A DNA stretch of 62,109 bases from Planctomycetota bacterium (GCA_003576855.1 QEVI01000001.1:1-62109); one strand, 5' to 3'. Counted from the first letter of the stretch, positions 39,035 through 49,551 are shown. Notes: generated from the sequence alone by a model not told the origin. Numbers and translations: made by a program.

Positions 39035-40225
39035 ATGACGCGACTCGTCAAGCTTGCAGGCGTGCTGGCGATCATGCTAGCGATCAGCGCCGACGGTACG
39101 GCGGCCATCAAGGACTTCGACGGCGGCGCCGCCGACGGCAACCTGTTTCTCACGCCGGCCAATTGGAACGACGCCATCGGCGCCGACGACGACACGGTCC
39201 CCGGCCCTGCCGACCGGGCCATCATCAACGCCGGCTATACCGTGCAGTACCTCACCGCGGACGTCACCACGCTGGGCAGTCTCATCATCGGCGCCGATTG
39301 GCCCACTACCGGCGACGTCGGCACCACGGGCCGGCTCGACATGAACGACGGCAAGATCATCGTCACCGGCGGCGGCGACAACTTCCAACTCGGCCGCGCC
39401 TGCTGCAACGGCGACGGCATCCTGGTCATGTTCGACGACGCCGAACTGGAAATCGGCGGCTCCGACCCGGTCGTCGGCACCCGCGACAACGGCGTGCTCG
39501 ACATCGGCGGCACGGCCGCCGTCTACTCCACGCAGGGAGTCGACAGCTATTGGCGTCTCGGCAACTACGGGCCCAGCTTCGATCAGACCCCTGCCAACCC
39601 CGGCGGCTTGCAGGGCAATGGCCTGCTGAGCGTACACGACAACGGGTCGTTCCGCGCCCACGTCATTTTCATTGCCGATAACGATGCCACCGGTGAAATC
39701 CGCGTGGCCGACAACGGGTCGGTAACCTTGACCGGCAATCTCATGCCGCGGCCGTCCGGTTTTCAAGCTGGCGGCGCCGCCCGCGTCCACATGATCGGCT
39801 CCAATGCCACGCTCTCGGCCTTCAACCTGGAGTCGGAAAGCCTGCCCGGCGAAGTCCCCACCTCCTACACGTTCGAGGCCGACGTCTCGGGGGTCTCGCC
39901 CATCGTGCTGCAGGACGCCATCAACATCACGGGCAACGCCCTGACCGTGAGTCTCACCGCCTTCGCGCTGCCGCCGCTGACCAAGTTGACGTTGTTCGAC
40001 GGCGACCAGGCCCTGGCCGGCAATCGCATCTTTGGCACGTTCAGCAGCGTGACGGTCAACGGCGTGCTCAATCCGGCGAATTACACCGTCATCTACGACC
40101 AGGCGATCGGCGACATCCAACTGATGAGGATTCCCGAACCGGCGACGGCGCTGCTGTTGGGCCTCGCGCTGGCGGCGGCATGCGGCGTGCAGCAAGCTCG
40201 CCGTCGGTCGCCGCAATCGGCGTAA
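39035..40225 (+). CDS. PEP-CTERM surface protein (Gly/Asn-rich beta-repeat, autotransporter-passenger-like)
   Basis: Signal peptide [15 protein letters not shown]; PANWN; repeated G-L-x-I-x-G strands; IPEP + TM + RRR. Confidence 0.85.
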   Translation: MTRLVKLAGVLAIMLAISADGTAAIKDFDGGAADGNLFLTPANWNDAIGADDDTVPGPADRAIINAGYTVQYLTADVTTLGSLIIGADWPTTGDVGTTGRLDMNDGKIIVTGGGDNFQLGRACCNGDGILVMFDDAELEIGGSDPVVGTRDNGVLDIGGTAAVYSTQGVDSYWRLGNYGPSFDQTPANPGGLQGNGLLSVHDNGSFRAHVIFIADNDATGEIRVADNGSVTLTGNLMPRPSGFQAGGAARVHMIGSNATLSAFNLESESLPGEVPTSYTFEADVSGVSPIVLQDAINITGNALTVSLTAFALPPLTKLTLFDGDQALAGNRIFGTFSSVTVNGVLNPANYTVIYDQAIGDIQLMRIPEPATALLLGLALAAACGVQQARRRSPQSA

Positions 40226-40347
40226 CCGCCGTCCCAGCCGAGACGCGAGAAGCCGCCGCGGCGCCGGCCCGGCCTGGACCCTTCCCGTGCGACCGGCGCC
40301 GCTCGCCGCTTAGCGCCCCCCGCCCCCCTCCCCTAAGGCGCCCAGTC

Positions 40348-41799
40348 ATGATGGCCCCACGCACTCCCGCCCAGTTCGCTATCCTACTTGGCGCCCTGGC
40401 GATGGTCGCCGCCCACCGCGCCGCCTGGTCGCAGACTGTCTACTTCGACGGCAGCGTGAGCAGCGATTTCCACAACCCTGCCAACTGGGAATTCGACACC
40501 CCGCCCGGCGCCAATCCAGACGACGTCACGTCCATCGAGGACGGCCTGACCGCCGTTTACTCGACCGGTACGACGACGCTGGGCTATCTTCGCGTCGGCA
40601 CGGCCGACAAGGGCCGCATCAACGACGCCACGGCCTTTGGCCGCCTGCTGATGACCGGGGGCACGATCGAGGTCATCAACGTCAACACGCTGGCCATTGG
40701 CCGCGAAAACCTCAACCACTACTCCCCGCCGCTCGGCGCCGACTACGACGTCTCCAGCCTCGTCGACGGCGGCGATATGCTCCTCTGGCAACGGCAATTC
40801 GGCTCGACGACCGAGCTGGCCGCCGACGGCAGCAACAACGGGACCGTCGACGCCGCCGACTTGGTCGTTTGGAAGAACGGCTACGGCGACATCGTCTACG
40901 GCGGCGAGATCGTCATGACGGGCGCGTCGACGATCAAGTCCAACGGCATTCTCGTCGGCGAGCGGACCAAAGGCCTGCTTGACATCGGCCCCGAAGCGGT
41001 CGTCGAAGTCCGCATCTTCGACGGCGCGACGTTTGGCGGTACGGAGGATTTGCGCGTCGGTACCTGGGGGCCCGCCTACGAAACCTTCGGCGGCGAGCCC
41101 GGGCTCAACGGCGACGGCCTGGTCATCGTCGAAGGCACGCTCAACGCCAAGGACCTCTACCTCTCGGAGCACGGCGCCAAAGGCGAAATCCGCCTCGAGG
41201 GGGGCACGGTCAATCTCAACGGCGAACTGATCATGGACTTCTGCGCCGGCTGCGTCTCCGATCCGGTGCTCCTCGCTCAGCAGTCGGCCAAGGTCACGAT
41301 CGTCGGCTCCGGCGGCGCGTTCAACGTCGGCCTCGACCCTGATCCCGCGGTCATCGATCCCAATCCCCCGCCGCGGAGCATCCGCGCCGCGGCGCCGACG
41401 GCCAGGTTCTCGTTCATCGCCGATGCCGGCGGCGTCACCCCCATCACCGTCGTCAACAACCCGGACGAGACGTCCGGCACGGCGAACATCGCCACGGCGA
41501 AGCTCGACGTGAACCTCGACGCCTACACGTCGTCAGCCCCGCTAACGCTCATCGACGCCCCTCCGGGAGGGCTCCTGGGAACGTTCGGCGCCGTGACGTT
41601 CCTCGGCAGCCGTACGGCGACGGTGACTTACGACGCCCTCAACGGCGACGTGCTGCTGACCAATTTCACGTCCGCCGGCGCCGCAGCGCGCGCAATCGCG
41701 GCCGCCATTCCGGAGCCTGCCGCCTGGCTTTCCGCGGCCGCCGCCCTCGTCGGGCTGCGCAGCCTACGGTGCCGAGCAGCGGACGGCCACGCGACGTAA
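40348..41799 (+). CDS. PEP-CTERM surface protein, paralog of the preceding gene, with an internal dockerin-like insertion
   Basis: Signal peptide; PANWE; blocks colinear with the 39035 protein; IPEP + TM; DYDxxxxVDGGD/DGxxNGxVDAAD module at 40738-40887. Confidence 0.85.
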   Translation: MMAPRTPAQFAILLGALAMVAAHRAAWSQTVYFDGSVSSDFHNPANWEFDTPPGANPDDVTSIEDGLTAVYSTGTTTLGYLRVGTADKGRINDATAFGRLLMTGGTIEVINVNTLAIGRENLNHYSPPLGADYDVSSLVDGGDMLLWQRQFGSTTELAADGSNNGTVDAADLVVWKNGYGDIVYGGEIVMTGASTIKSNGILVGERTKGLLDIGPEAVVEVRIFDGATFGGTEDLRVGTWGPAYETFGGEPGLNGDGLVIVEGTLNAKDLYLSEHGAKGEIRLEGGTVNLNGELIMDFCAGCVSDPVLLAQQSAKVTIVGSGGAFNVGLDPDPAVIDPNPPPRSIRAAAPTARFSFIADAGGVTPITVVNNPDETSGTANIATAKLDVNLDAYTSSAPLTLIDAPPGGLLGTFGAVTFLGSRTATVTYDALNGDVLLTNFTSAGAAARAIAAAIPEPAAWLSAAAALVGLRSLRCRAADGHAT

Positions 41800-41818
41800 A
41801 CGGCGAGTCGTCCGCCGC

Positions 41819-42328
41819 TTATTGGTCGACGCGGTTGAATCGCTGTACCAGCGCTACGAGCCACGCCGCCACAAACGCCAGGTACGATAGCACGATCGCC
41901 AGGAGGCCCAGCGGCGACAAGAACCGCGGCTGCGGCGCCAGGTTCGCCGTCAGCAAGAAATGCAACAGGGCGGCCATGAAAATGATCGTCGCCGCGTAAA
42001 GCCAGCCCATCCGTTGGGCGATCATGCTCCGCGTCGCTGCCTCGCGCGCCGGGGCCAGCCAGTAATCGCAGTGCGGCAGCTTGATCGACGATCGAGGAAC
42101 CCGTCGCGCCACAAAGAGCATCGGTAGCAACACCACAACGACCGCCAGCAAAACCAGCAGCGACGACGCGACCAGTTCCTGCTTCGTCCCCCAGCGGTCC
42201 GGCCGACCGGCGAAATCAAAATGCAGGGCGACCCGCGCCGGCAGGCGCGGATAGCAGTACGCCAGCTCGCCGAGGTGCACCAGCACCGCTAAACCGGCCG
42301 CATACGGCCAAAGTCGCGCCATGTTCAT
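41819..42328 (-). CDS. DUF1648 domain membrane protein
   Basis: YPRLPARVALHFDFAGRPDRWGTK signature; four TM helices. Confidence 0.82.
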   Translation of the reverse strand: MNMARLWPYAAGLAVLVHLGELAYCYPRLPARVALHFDFAGRPDRWGTKQELVASSLLVLLAVVVVLLPMLFVARRVPRSSIKLPHCDYWLAPAREAATRSMIAQRMGWLYAATIIFMAALLHFLLTANLAPQPRFLSPLGLLAIVLSYLAFVAAWLVALVQRFNRVDQ

Positions 42329-42684
42329 CGCATTGGGGCGCCGGCCGCACCGCCGCTAGCGGCCTAGCCCCACCATGCCAGGTTCGACCACTGAATCACC
42401 GAACACTCAGGGTATTGGTGCTTGGCGGTGTGCGCCGTTTCGATTAGGTTTGCGCCGGCGTCGACTCTTCTGGCGTCATCCTCGTACGTGTACAACCTAT
42501 CCGAGGGACGCGCACGACGCAAATGTCGCCAATGTGTATTTGCAGGTCTCCCTGCCCTCCGCGCCTCTATGGTTTCAACTTCGAACCTAAACGGCACGCC
42601 TGCGGTCGGCTGGCGGAGCAATTGCCGCCCGGCACGCCTTGAGGCATAAGGGTAAGCTGTCCCTTCACGCCGAGAGGTTCTGCT

Positions 42685-44814
42685 ATGCCGCTGATTCTCA
42701 CGTACTTTGGCCGCGCCTGGGCGTTTCGCCGGTTGGCCACGCTGTTGGCGTTCTGCTGTTGGGCCCACCGCGCGGCGGGCGAGGCGCCGGCCCCGCTGTT
42801 CAATCGGGCGCCGCTGCAAGAAAAACCGTACGCCGAGTTGCCGCTTGGCGCCATCCGGCCGGAAGGCTGGCTCCGCGACGAGTTGGAGCGCATGGCCGCC
42901 GGCATGACCGGCCATCTCGACCAATGGTATCCCGAAGCCTGCGGGCCGCGCAACGCCTGGCTGGGCGGAGACGGTGATACCTGGGAACGCGGCCCGTACT
43001 GGATCGACGGCCTGTATCCGCTGGCCAAGCTGCTGGGCGACGCGGCCCTGGAGGCGAAGGCCATGGCCTGGATCGAGTGGACGCTCGCCCATCAGCGCCC
43101 CGATGGGCAGATCGGGCCCGAGCCGCTGGCGGCGGAGCAGCGGAAGCAGCCGCCGCCGGCCGGCGCCCAGATCGAAAAGCCGGACGACTGGTGGCCGCGG
43201 ATGGTCATGCTCAAAGTGCTCCAGCAGCACTACCTGGCCACAGGCGATCCGCGGGTGATCGACTGCCTCGCCAAGTACTTCCGCTACCAGCTCAAAGAAC
43301 TCCCTCAGCGGCCGCTGCACGATCCGGCCAATCCACGGAGCGGTTCGTGGTGGGCGGCCCAGCGGGGCGGCGACAACCTGCTGGTGGTTCTTTGGCTGTA
43401 CAACGTCACGGGCGAGCCGTGGCTGTTGGAACTGGCCGACCTGGTTCATCGCCAGACGATCCCCGTCGCCGAGTGGTTCACGCCCGGCCCGGAAGCGCGG
43501 ATCCCGCTCCGCGCCGACCGGCGGAGCCTGCGGCCCGACGCCGATCGAATCCAGCCTTTGCACTGCGTGAATCTGGCGCAAATGATGAAGACGCCGATCG
43601 TCCGCTGGCAGCAGGACGGCGACGGGCGCTCGTTGGCGGCCGTCGAGCACGCCTTCGCCGACATCCACTTGTTTCACGGTCAGCCGCATGGGCTCTACGG
43701 CGGCGACGAATCAATGCACGGCGATGCGCCCGATCGCGGCTCGGAACTGTGCACTGCCGTCGAGATGATGTACTCGCTGGAGAAGATGTTCGAGATCACC
43801 GGTAATCCAGCGTTCGGCGACCGCCTGGAGCGAATCGCCTTCAACGCCCTGCCGACGCAGTGCACGGACGATTATCGCGGCCGCCAGTACTTCCAGCAGA
43901 CGAACCAGGTGACATGCACGTTTGGCGATCGCGATTTCTTTGAGGACAACGGCGACCGCATTGTTTTCGGCCTGACTAATGGCTACCCCTGCTGTACCTG
44001 CAACCTCCACCAAGGTTGGCCGAAGTTCACGCAGCATCTGTGGCTGGCGTCGAACGACGGCGGCCTGGCCATGCTGGCCTATGCCCCCTCGCGCGTGGAG
44101 GCGCGCGTGGCCGGCGGCCAAACGGTCCGCCTGCGGCAATCCGGCGGCTATCCGTTCCACGAGCAGGTCGTCGTGACCGTCGCGGCCGAGCAGTCGGCGC
44201 AGTTTCCGCTGCACCTGCGGATCCCGGCCTGGGCCGCCGGGGCCGAACTGCGCGTCAACGGCGAGCCGCTCGCCGCGCCGCGGCCAGGTTCCATGCACGT
44301 CGTGAAGCGCACCTGGCAGAACGGCGACGAACTGACGCTGCGGCTGCCGATGCTGCTGCGCAGCAGCGATTGGTACGCGCGATCGAAGGCGATCGAGCGG
44401 GGCCCGCTGGTCTTTGCGCTCGACATCGCGGAACAGTGGCACGAGGTCGCCGGCCCGCAGGCCGAGGGGACGCCGCCGTCGGCGCCGCATCGAGGTTACC
44501 GGGAAGTCCGGCCGGAGGGGCCGTGGAATTTCGCGCTCACCGAGCTCGCCGCCCAGCGGCCGCAGGAAAACGTGCAAGTGGACGTCGCCGCGGAGGTTCC
44601 CGACAATCCGTGGCGGCGCGATGCGGCGCCGGTCAAGCTCCGCGCCGCCGCGATGCGACTCCCTTATTGGACGATGAACCGCCACTCGGCGGCTCTGCCG
44701 CCCCTGAGCCCGGCGGAAGTTCCCGCCGGGTCGGCCATCGAACAGATCACGCTCATTCCTTACGGGGCGACCACGCTCCGCATCGCCGCCTTTCCGTGGG
44801 CGCCGGTCCCGTAG
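42685..44814 (+). CDS. Secreted GH127/GH146-like glycoside hydrolase (beta-L-arabinofuranosidase-like, DUF1680)
   Basis: Signal peptide; WERGPYWIDG; HCVN; GDE; SELCTAVE; LERIAFNALP; YPCCTCN (Cys/Zn site); LRIPAW; ERGPLVF. Confidence 0.85.
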   Translation: MPLILTYFGRAWAFRRLATLLAFCCWAHRAAGEAPAPLFNRAPLQEKPYAELPLGAIRPEGWLRDELERMAAGMTGHLDQWYPEACGPRNAWLGGDGDTWERGPYWIDGLYPLAKLLGDAALEAKAMAWIEWTLAHQRPDGQIGPEPLAAEQRKQPPPAGAQIEKPDDWWPRMVMLKVLQQHYLATGDPRVIDCLAKYFRYQLKELPQRPLHDPANPRSGSWWAAQRGGDNLLVVLWLYNVTGEPWLLELADLVHRQTIPVAEWFTPGPEARIPLRADRRSLRPDADRIQPLHCVNLAQMMKTPIVRWQQDGDGRSLAAVEHAFADIHLFHGQPHGLYGGDESMHGDAPDRGSELCTAVEMMYSLEKMFEITGNPAFGDRLERIAFNALPTQCTDDYRGRQYFQQTNQVTCTFGDRDFFEDNGDRIVFGLTNGYPCCTCNLHQGWPKFTQHLWLASNDGGLAMLAYAPSRVEARVAGGQTVRLRQSGGYPFHEQVVVTVAAEQSAQFPLHLRIPAWAAGAELRVNGEPLAAPRPGSMHVVKRTWQNGDELTLRLPMLLRSSDWYARSKAIERGPLVFALDIAEQWHEVAGPQAEGTPPSAPHRGYREVRPEGPWNFALTELAAQRPQENVQVDVAAEVPDNPWRRDAAPVKLRAAAMRLPYWTMNRHSAALPPLSPAEVPAGSAIEQITLIPYGATTLRIAAFPWAPVP

Positions 44815-44873
44815 CGACTTCCTCGGCGGCGGTTCGGATTGTCGAATCGTTGAAGCGGAAACGCCGTGGCACG

Positions 44874-44984
44874 AAAAAGGCCGCCGTGGCCGCCCATCGT
44901 AAGCGGCCGCAGCGGCGACGGGTCATCCCGGGAAAAACGGCGGCCCCGTGTTGCGGGGCACGAAAGCGAATCCTGGGGCCGCCG
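44874..44984 (-). terminator. Two tandem hairpin + T-run structures downstream of the fecR-like gene
   Basis: On the minus strand GGCGGCCCC...GGGGCCGCC-GTTTTT (44933-44984) and GGCCGC...GCGGCC..CGGCGGC-CTTTTT (44874-44919). Confidence 0.5.
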
Positions 44985-45132
44985 GAGAAATGACGCCTGA
45001 AGAATACGCCAGGCGCCGCAGGCGGCAAGTGAGTGGATTGCCGCAACGAGAGCGTCGCCAGAAACGAACTCCGGGCCGATCGCCGCGGGGCGGCCGCCCG
45101 TGCGAGCCGATCACGCGTCACGCGGGCGGCTG

Positions 45133-45984
45133 TTACAACGCCGGGAACTCGACGCCGTCAAACGGAATGACCTTAATTGCGCCGCTTGCGCCGTGCAGCT
45201 CGACGGCGCGGTTTTCCGGCACCTTGACCGGCGGTCCTTCAGCCGGCTGCTTGGGAATGAGATCGACCAAGCCGGAGAACACAAACAACCGCAAGGAACG
45301 CGGCGCCTGTAGCTCGACGATGAATTCCGTTCCAAGATCGACGAGGCGTCCCAGCGGCGTGTCCACCTCAAAGCCCCGCGCCGGGCCGGAAGCCGTCGCG
45401 GCCAACGAGCCGGCGTCGAGCCGCACGCTGTTCGGGCCGGTGATGGTCGCCCTTGCGGGGCCCTCGATGGCAACAGCCGCGCCGCTGAAGTACGAGATTA
45501 CGGCGCGGCCGCGCTTTAGTTCGAGGGGCTGCCCTACCCGCAAGAGCTGACCGGCGGCTAACGGGACGGCGTCGCTGGTCCAACCGGCGCCGGCGGTCGC
45601 GTCGGCGATCTTGGCCGCCAGCGGCGACGAGGAATCTCCGAGGCCCGCAAAATGCCGCACGGCAAACACCAAGGCGACCGCTGCGGCGATGCTGACCACC
45701 CATTGCCAGCGGGCTTCCCAGCGCCCGCCGGCGCGCCGGGGCGGATTGGCATGCGCGGGCCGCGATCTGCCGTGGGCGTCGGCTTCGTGCTGAACGCGTG
45801 CGCGCAGCGAATCGCGGCGCATCAAATCGAACAGCATCCGGTGCAAGAAGGCCCCTTCGACGAATCGCCGGAGGCGGTCGTCGTCCGTGCGAATCTGCTC
45901 GCATAGCTGGCGCGCCTGCTCGTCTTTCAGGTCGCCCTCGACGAATCCATCGACGAGTTGTTCCATGTCGTCGTCGAGTTGCAT
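45133..45984 (-). CDS. FecR-domain anti-sigma factor
   Basis: N-terminal anti-sigma helices, one TM helix, then GAAVAIEGPA, GFEVDTP.GRLVDLGTEF, VFSGLV. Confidence 0.88.
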   Translation of the reverse strand: MQLDDDMEQLVDGFVEGDLKDEQARQLCEQIRTDDDRLRRFVEGAFLHRMLFDLMRRDSLRARVQHEADAHGRSRPAHANPPRRAGGRWEARWQWVVSIAAAVALVFAVRHFAGLGDSSSPLAAKIADATAGAGWTSDAVPLAAGQLLRVGQPLELKRGRAVISYFSGAAVAIEGPARATITGPNSVRLDAGSLAATASGPARGFEVDTPLGRLVDLGTEFIVELQAPRSLRLFVFSGLVDLIPKQPAEGPPVKVPENRAVELHGASGAIKVIPFDGVEFPAL

Positions 45985-46003
45985 GAGGTGCGTCTCCGGA
46001 AGG

Positions 46004-46528
46004 TCACGCGTCGCCCAGGGCTTGCACCCGGCGCTCGATGCACGATCGCAAGGACTGGCGAATGCGGCAGAGCAGCATGCGCGCGGCGCCGGGCTTCATC
46101 CGCAATTCCCGGCCGACGCCGTGGAAATCGAGCCCCGTGGCGTATCGCAGCTCGACGGCCCGCCGCGACCGGCCTTCCAGCTTCTGAACACAGTGCTCCA
46201 GGGCCTCGCGGTAATGATTGGTCTCGGCGGCGAAGCGTTGGTACCCCTGCGAAATCCGTTCGACTAATTCGTCGTCGAACAGGTGCCGGTCGCTGGCGCA
46301 CTGGCGCCGATAATACAGTACTTCGTACTTCGCTACGCCAACAGCCCAGGCCGCAAACGGCCGCGACGCATCGTAGCGATCGAACTTGCGAACCAGCGCC
46401 ACGGCGACCCGCTGGACGATTTCCTCGGCTTCATGGAAATCGCGAACCACCGACCACACAAACGCGCTGATCGTGGGCTGGGCGGCGGCCCATAGCACGG
46501 CGAATTCTTCGGCCTTCTGGTTGTCCAC
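46004..46528 (-). CDS. ECF sigma-70 factor (Planctomycete/Verrucomicrobia type)
   Basis: EAEEIVQRVAVALVRKF, FAAWAVGVAKY, LCRIRQSLRSCI; GTG start after GAGG; upstream of the fecR-like gene. Confidence 0.92.
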   Translation of the reverse strand: MDNQKAEEFAVLWAAAQPTISAFVWSVVRDFHEAEEIVQRVAVALVRKFDRYDASRPFAAWAVGVAKYEVLYYRRQCASDRHLFDDELVERISQGYQRFAAETNHYREALEHCVQKLEGRSRRAVELRYATGLDFHGVGRELRMKPGAARMLLCRIRQSLRSCIERRVQALGDA

Positions 46529-46767
46529 TGGGGGACCTCGTTTGACGGCGCGTGCGAAGCGGCGCCAGCCTCGCCGGGGTTCCATGGCTCTCTCTGCGGC
46601 ATTGCGGCGCCCATGTCACGGAAAAGCCGGCGAGTTGGCGCATTTTCGAGCTTTTTGGTCGCCGGCCGCGGGGTGCGGACGCGTCTCGACGAGCGGCCGC
46701 ACCGCCCCGGGCGTTTCAGCACGGTCGGTTTTTCAGTTTGCGCATTTGGCTGCAGGGGTTGCTCCGT

Positions 46768-46796
46768 TCGGCCCGCGAGCGGGCCGGCTAAATCTC
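46768..46796 (+). repeat. REP-like element (copy 2 of the 22457 family)
   Basis: TCGGCCCGCGAGCGGGCCGGCTAAATCTC; outer ATTTGGC...GCTAAAT arms from 46744. Confidence 0.8.
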
Positions 46797-46825
46797 GTAC
46801 ACGAAAGAACTGCTTTGACGCAGCG

Positions 46826-47764
46826 CTAGCGGAGGATCCGCAGCCCCGGCCGCCGCTGCTCGAGCCGCGCGACGCCTGCCGGCGAGACGCGGGCGCCGAC
46901 GACCTCGACCTGTTGCAGCCGGGGCAAGTCGGCCAGCAACGCGAGGCCCTCGTCCGAGACGTCGGTGTAGTGGAGCCACAGCGTCTCCAGGTTCTTTAGA
47001 CGCCGCAAGGAGCCCAAACCGGCGTCGGTGATGCGGGTGTGGTTCAGCGCCAGCAGTTGCAGCCGCTCCAGCCGGGCGACGTGAACGAGGCCGTCGTCGG
47101 AGATGTTCGTGTCACGCAGGTAAAGCCGTCGCAGCGACGTGTTTTGCGCCAGGCACGCCAGGCCCTGGTCGCCTACGTCGACGCCGCCCAGATCGAGGCT
47201 GATCAACGAGAGCCGCCGAGCCAGTCGGCTCACGCCGGCGTCGGTGACCCGCGTCCCGGCTAGCCGCAGGTCCTCCAGGTCTGTAAAACGCTCGATGGAC
47301 TCGATGGCCGCATCGGTGACTTGCGTCCCGCTGAGCGAGAGATAACGCAATTCGCGCAGCGGCGCCAGCTTTGCCAGACCGGCGTCGGTCACGGCGGCGT
47401 CCTGCAAATCGAGCCACTTCAGGCGCGGCAGCCGAGCGACGTGCGACAGGTCGGCGTCGGTCGCTCGCGACCGGGCCAGCGACAGCAGCACGACGTCGCC
47501 GGAATGGACGGCGGCGCCGGGCGACAGCGGCCCCAGCGCGGCCAGCGCCTCGCGCTGGCGCAGCACCTCGCGGTGCCGCGCACCGGCCAATGCCGCGGCG
47601 GCCCCGCATACCGTACAGAACGCCAGAAGCGACCGAATGCCGAAGCGAACCGGGGCGCGGCGCTTGCCGCGCGGAGCGGAAACCGCGGAGAGCGGCTGCG
47701 CGGCATACGGCGCCGGCGGTTCGGCGCGCGGAACAGAGTCGGTTTTTTCCATGGGCGTACGCAT
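46826..47764 (-). CDS. Leucine-rich repeat protein with N-terminal membrane anchor
   Basis: About 8 24-aa repeats LxxLxLxxTxVTDAGLxxL; N-terminal RFGIRSLL motif. Confidence 0.9.
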   Translation of the reverse strand: MRTPMEKTDSVPRAEPPAPYAAQPLSAVSAPRGKRRAPVRFGIRSLLAFCTVCGAAAALAGARHREVLRQREALAALGPLSPGAAVHSGDVVLLSLARSRATDADLSHVARLPRLKWLDLQDAAVTDAGLAKLAPLRELRYLSLSGTQVTDAAIESIERFTDLEDLRLAGTRVTDAGVSRLARRLSLISLDLGGVDVGDQGLACLAQNTSLRRLYLRDTNISDDGLVHVARLERLQLLALNHTRITDAGLGSLRRLKNLETLWLHYTDVSDEGLALLADLPRLQQVEVVGARVSPAGVARLEQRRPGLRILR

Positions 47765-47988
47765 GGGTCGCCAAGCAGGGACGCGCGACCGGCTTTGGAG
47801 TCGCTAACGGCGCTAGACGGCCAGTCTAGCAGGTCGCTTCGGCCGGCTCCAACGCGCGGTGACAGTCCTGCTGCTTCGCCGCTATGCGAGAAGGTTTCAT
47901 CTTGCGGAGCAAGATGACTACATTGAGCTGACTCAACCGGCTTGGCGCGTCGCTACATGCAGCATGCCGGTTTCGCGGTTTGGCAAAT

Positions 47989-49023
47989 TCACGGTAGGGC
48001 GGCGGGCTGGCCGTCGGCTTTGCCGCCGAGGCGGTTGTAGGCGTAGGCGTCGATCGTCTCGGCGATGAACTGCACCGAGGCGTCGCCCATGGAGAAGTGG
48101 GCCCCGCCGGCGTGCGCGGACTTGAATCCCAATTCGGTGCTCCAGTTGCACCATTGCCGGCAGCGGTCGGGGTCGGTCTGGCTGCATGTGTCGTAGTTGA
48201 TCGGGATGAGCGTGCTGATCAGGCCGTTGCCGTTGTTGGTCTCCGACCAGCCGCGGGCGGCGTGCGTAGAGCACTCCGGGCGGACTTCGCCCAGGAAAAA
48301 CGTGTTCGACAGGCCGTCGGTGATCTGGCTCTGCTTGACCTGGATCGAAACACGGGTGAACGGGCCGCCGAACTCCGGCCACAGGTGCGGTTGGAAGTCC
48401 GGATACGCGTAGGCTTCGCTCCCGATGAGTCCGTTGAACGTGTTCCATTGCGGACAGCTACATCCCGGGGCGCTGATGTGCTTGGTGGGACCGCGGCTGG
48501 CGGCGTAGTTGAACATCTTCAGCGACGCCAACGCCGGATCGCTGTGGTACGCCTCGCTGGGATGGACGCTAGTGGGGCAGATGAACGAGGCCACCATCGC
48601 GCTGCCGATGGGCTGGCCGTCGGGCCGGAGTTGGCCGTCGATGACCCGCTTGAAGTCGAACTGGTTGTAGAGCGCCTGTTGCTCGATGTAGGGTAGAATC
48701 CAGATGAGGAGGTTGCCCCGCAAGTCTTCGCAGGGGTTGCTGGTCGAGCCCGGCTGGCAGGTGACGTCGCCGTCGGCCCATTGGGCGCCGGCAGGATAAA
48801 CCTTGCGGACGTCGTGGTAGAGCGCGATCGCGGTTCCCAACTGCTTGAGGTTGTTGATGCAGGTCGAGCGGCGCGCCGCCTCGCGCGCCGCCTGCACCGC
48901 CGGCAACAGCAGCGCCACCAGTACGCCAATGATGGCAATCACCACCAAGAGCTCCACAAGCGTGAAACCATGCAGGGGCCGAGGGAGGCGATTAACCTTC
49001 GCGATTGTTCGGGAACCATCCAT
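47989..49023 (-). CDS. DUF1559 prepilin-type protein
   Basis: [30 protein letters not shown]; ICPT; TDGLSNT; [14 protein letters not shown]; Cys-rich loops. Confidence 0.95.
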   Translation of the reverse strand: MDGSRTIAKVNRLPRPLHGFTLVELLVVIAIIGVLVALLLPAVQAAREAARRSTCINNLKQLGTAIALYHDVRKVYPAGAQWADGDVTCQPGSTSNPCEDLRGNLLIWILPYIEQQALYNQFDFKRVIDGQLRPDGQPIGSAMVASFICPTSVHPSEAYHSDPALASLKMFNYAASRGPTKHISAPGCSCPQWNTFNGLIGSEAYAYPDFQPHLWPEFGGPFTRVSIQVKQSQITDGLSNTFFLGEVRPECSTHAARGWSETNNGNGLISTLIPINYDTCSQTDPDRCRQWCNWSTELGFKSAHAGGAHFSMGDASVQFIAETIDAYAYNRLGGKADGQPAALP

Positions 49024-49080
49024 CGCTGGCCTCGTTACGAAGGCCCGGAATGCGCTGTGCGCCTGAACGCCAGTCGGCTA

Positions 49081-49551
49081 CTACCGGGGATTGCTCGAAA
49101 GCGTAAATTCAAATCGGTTGTCGCCCGACTCGACGACATTAGCGGTGAGCCCGGAGGCTTCGAGGTCGCCGTACCGCTCAGGAATGAAATGCTTGGCGCG
49201 ATACGCGCGAAGGCCGCGGCGGCGGGCGAAGTCGGGGTCCTCCAACTGCACCGGCGGGATCTCTTCGCCGAAGGCGTCTGCCTTGGAAATGGCGACGCGA
49301 TGCTGGCCCACAGCGGCGCCTTCCTCGTTGGCGGTCATCAGCGTAAAGCGGCCGGCGGCGTCGGTGGTCCCGGAGGCCGGCGGACCGGCGCCCACGGGGG
49401 CGAACAGCACGCCGGCGTTTTCCACCGGCGCGCCGTCGAGCGTCACCACCCCCTCGACGGGAACCAGGTTCAGACCGCGGCCGCCGCACCCTGCCAAGGC
49501 GACGCAGGCGCTGGCGGCTGCCAGCGCCCTGGTGAAGATCGTTAAACCCAT
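49081..49551 (-). CDS. Small lipoprotein with carboxypeptidase-regulatory-like beta-sandwich (common DUF1559 partner)
   Basis: Lipobox LAGC; PVEGVVTLDGAP; GTTDAAGRFTL; GAAVGQHRVAISK; IPERYG; SGL. Confidence 0.88.
   Translation of the reverse strand: MGLTIFTRALAAASACVALAGCGGRGLNLVPVEGVVTLDGAPVENAGVLFAPVGAGPPASGTTDAAGRFTLMTANEEGAAVGQHRVAISKADAFGEEIPPVQLEDPDFARRRGLRAYRAKHFIPERYGDLEASGLTANVVESGDNRFEFTLSSNPR

Noticed and set aside
42364-42649. Short ORFs (42375-42590, 42422-42649) between the DUF1648 and GH127 genes
   Set aside because: No RBS, motif or consistent codon bias; more likely a divergent promoter region
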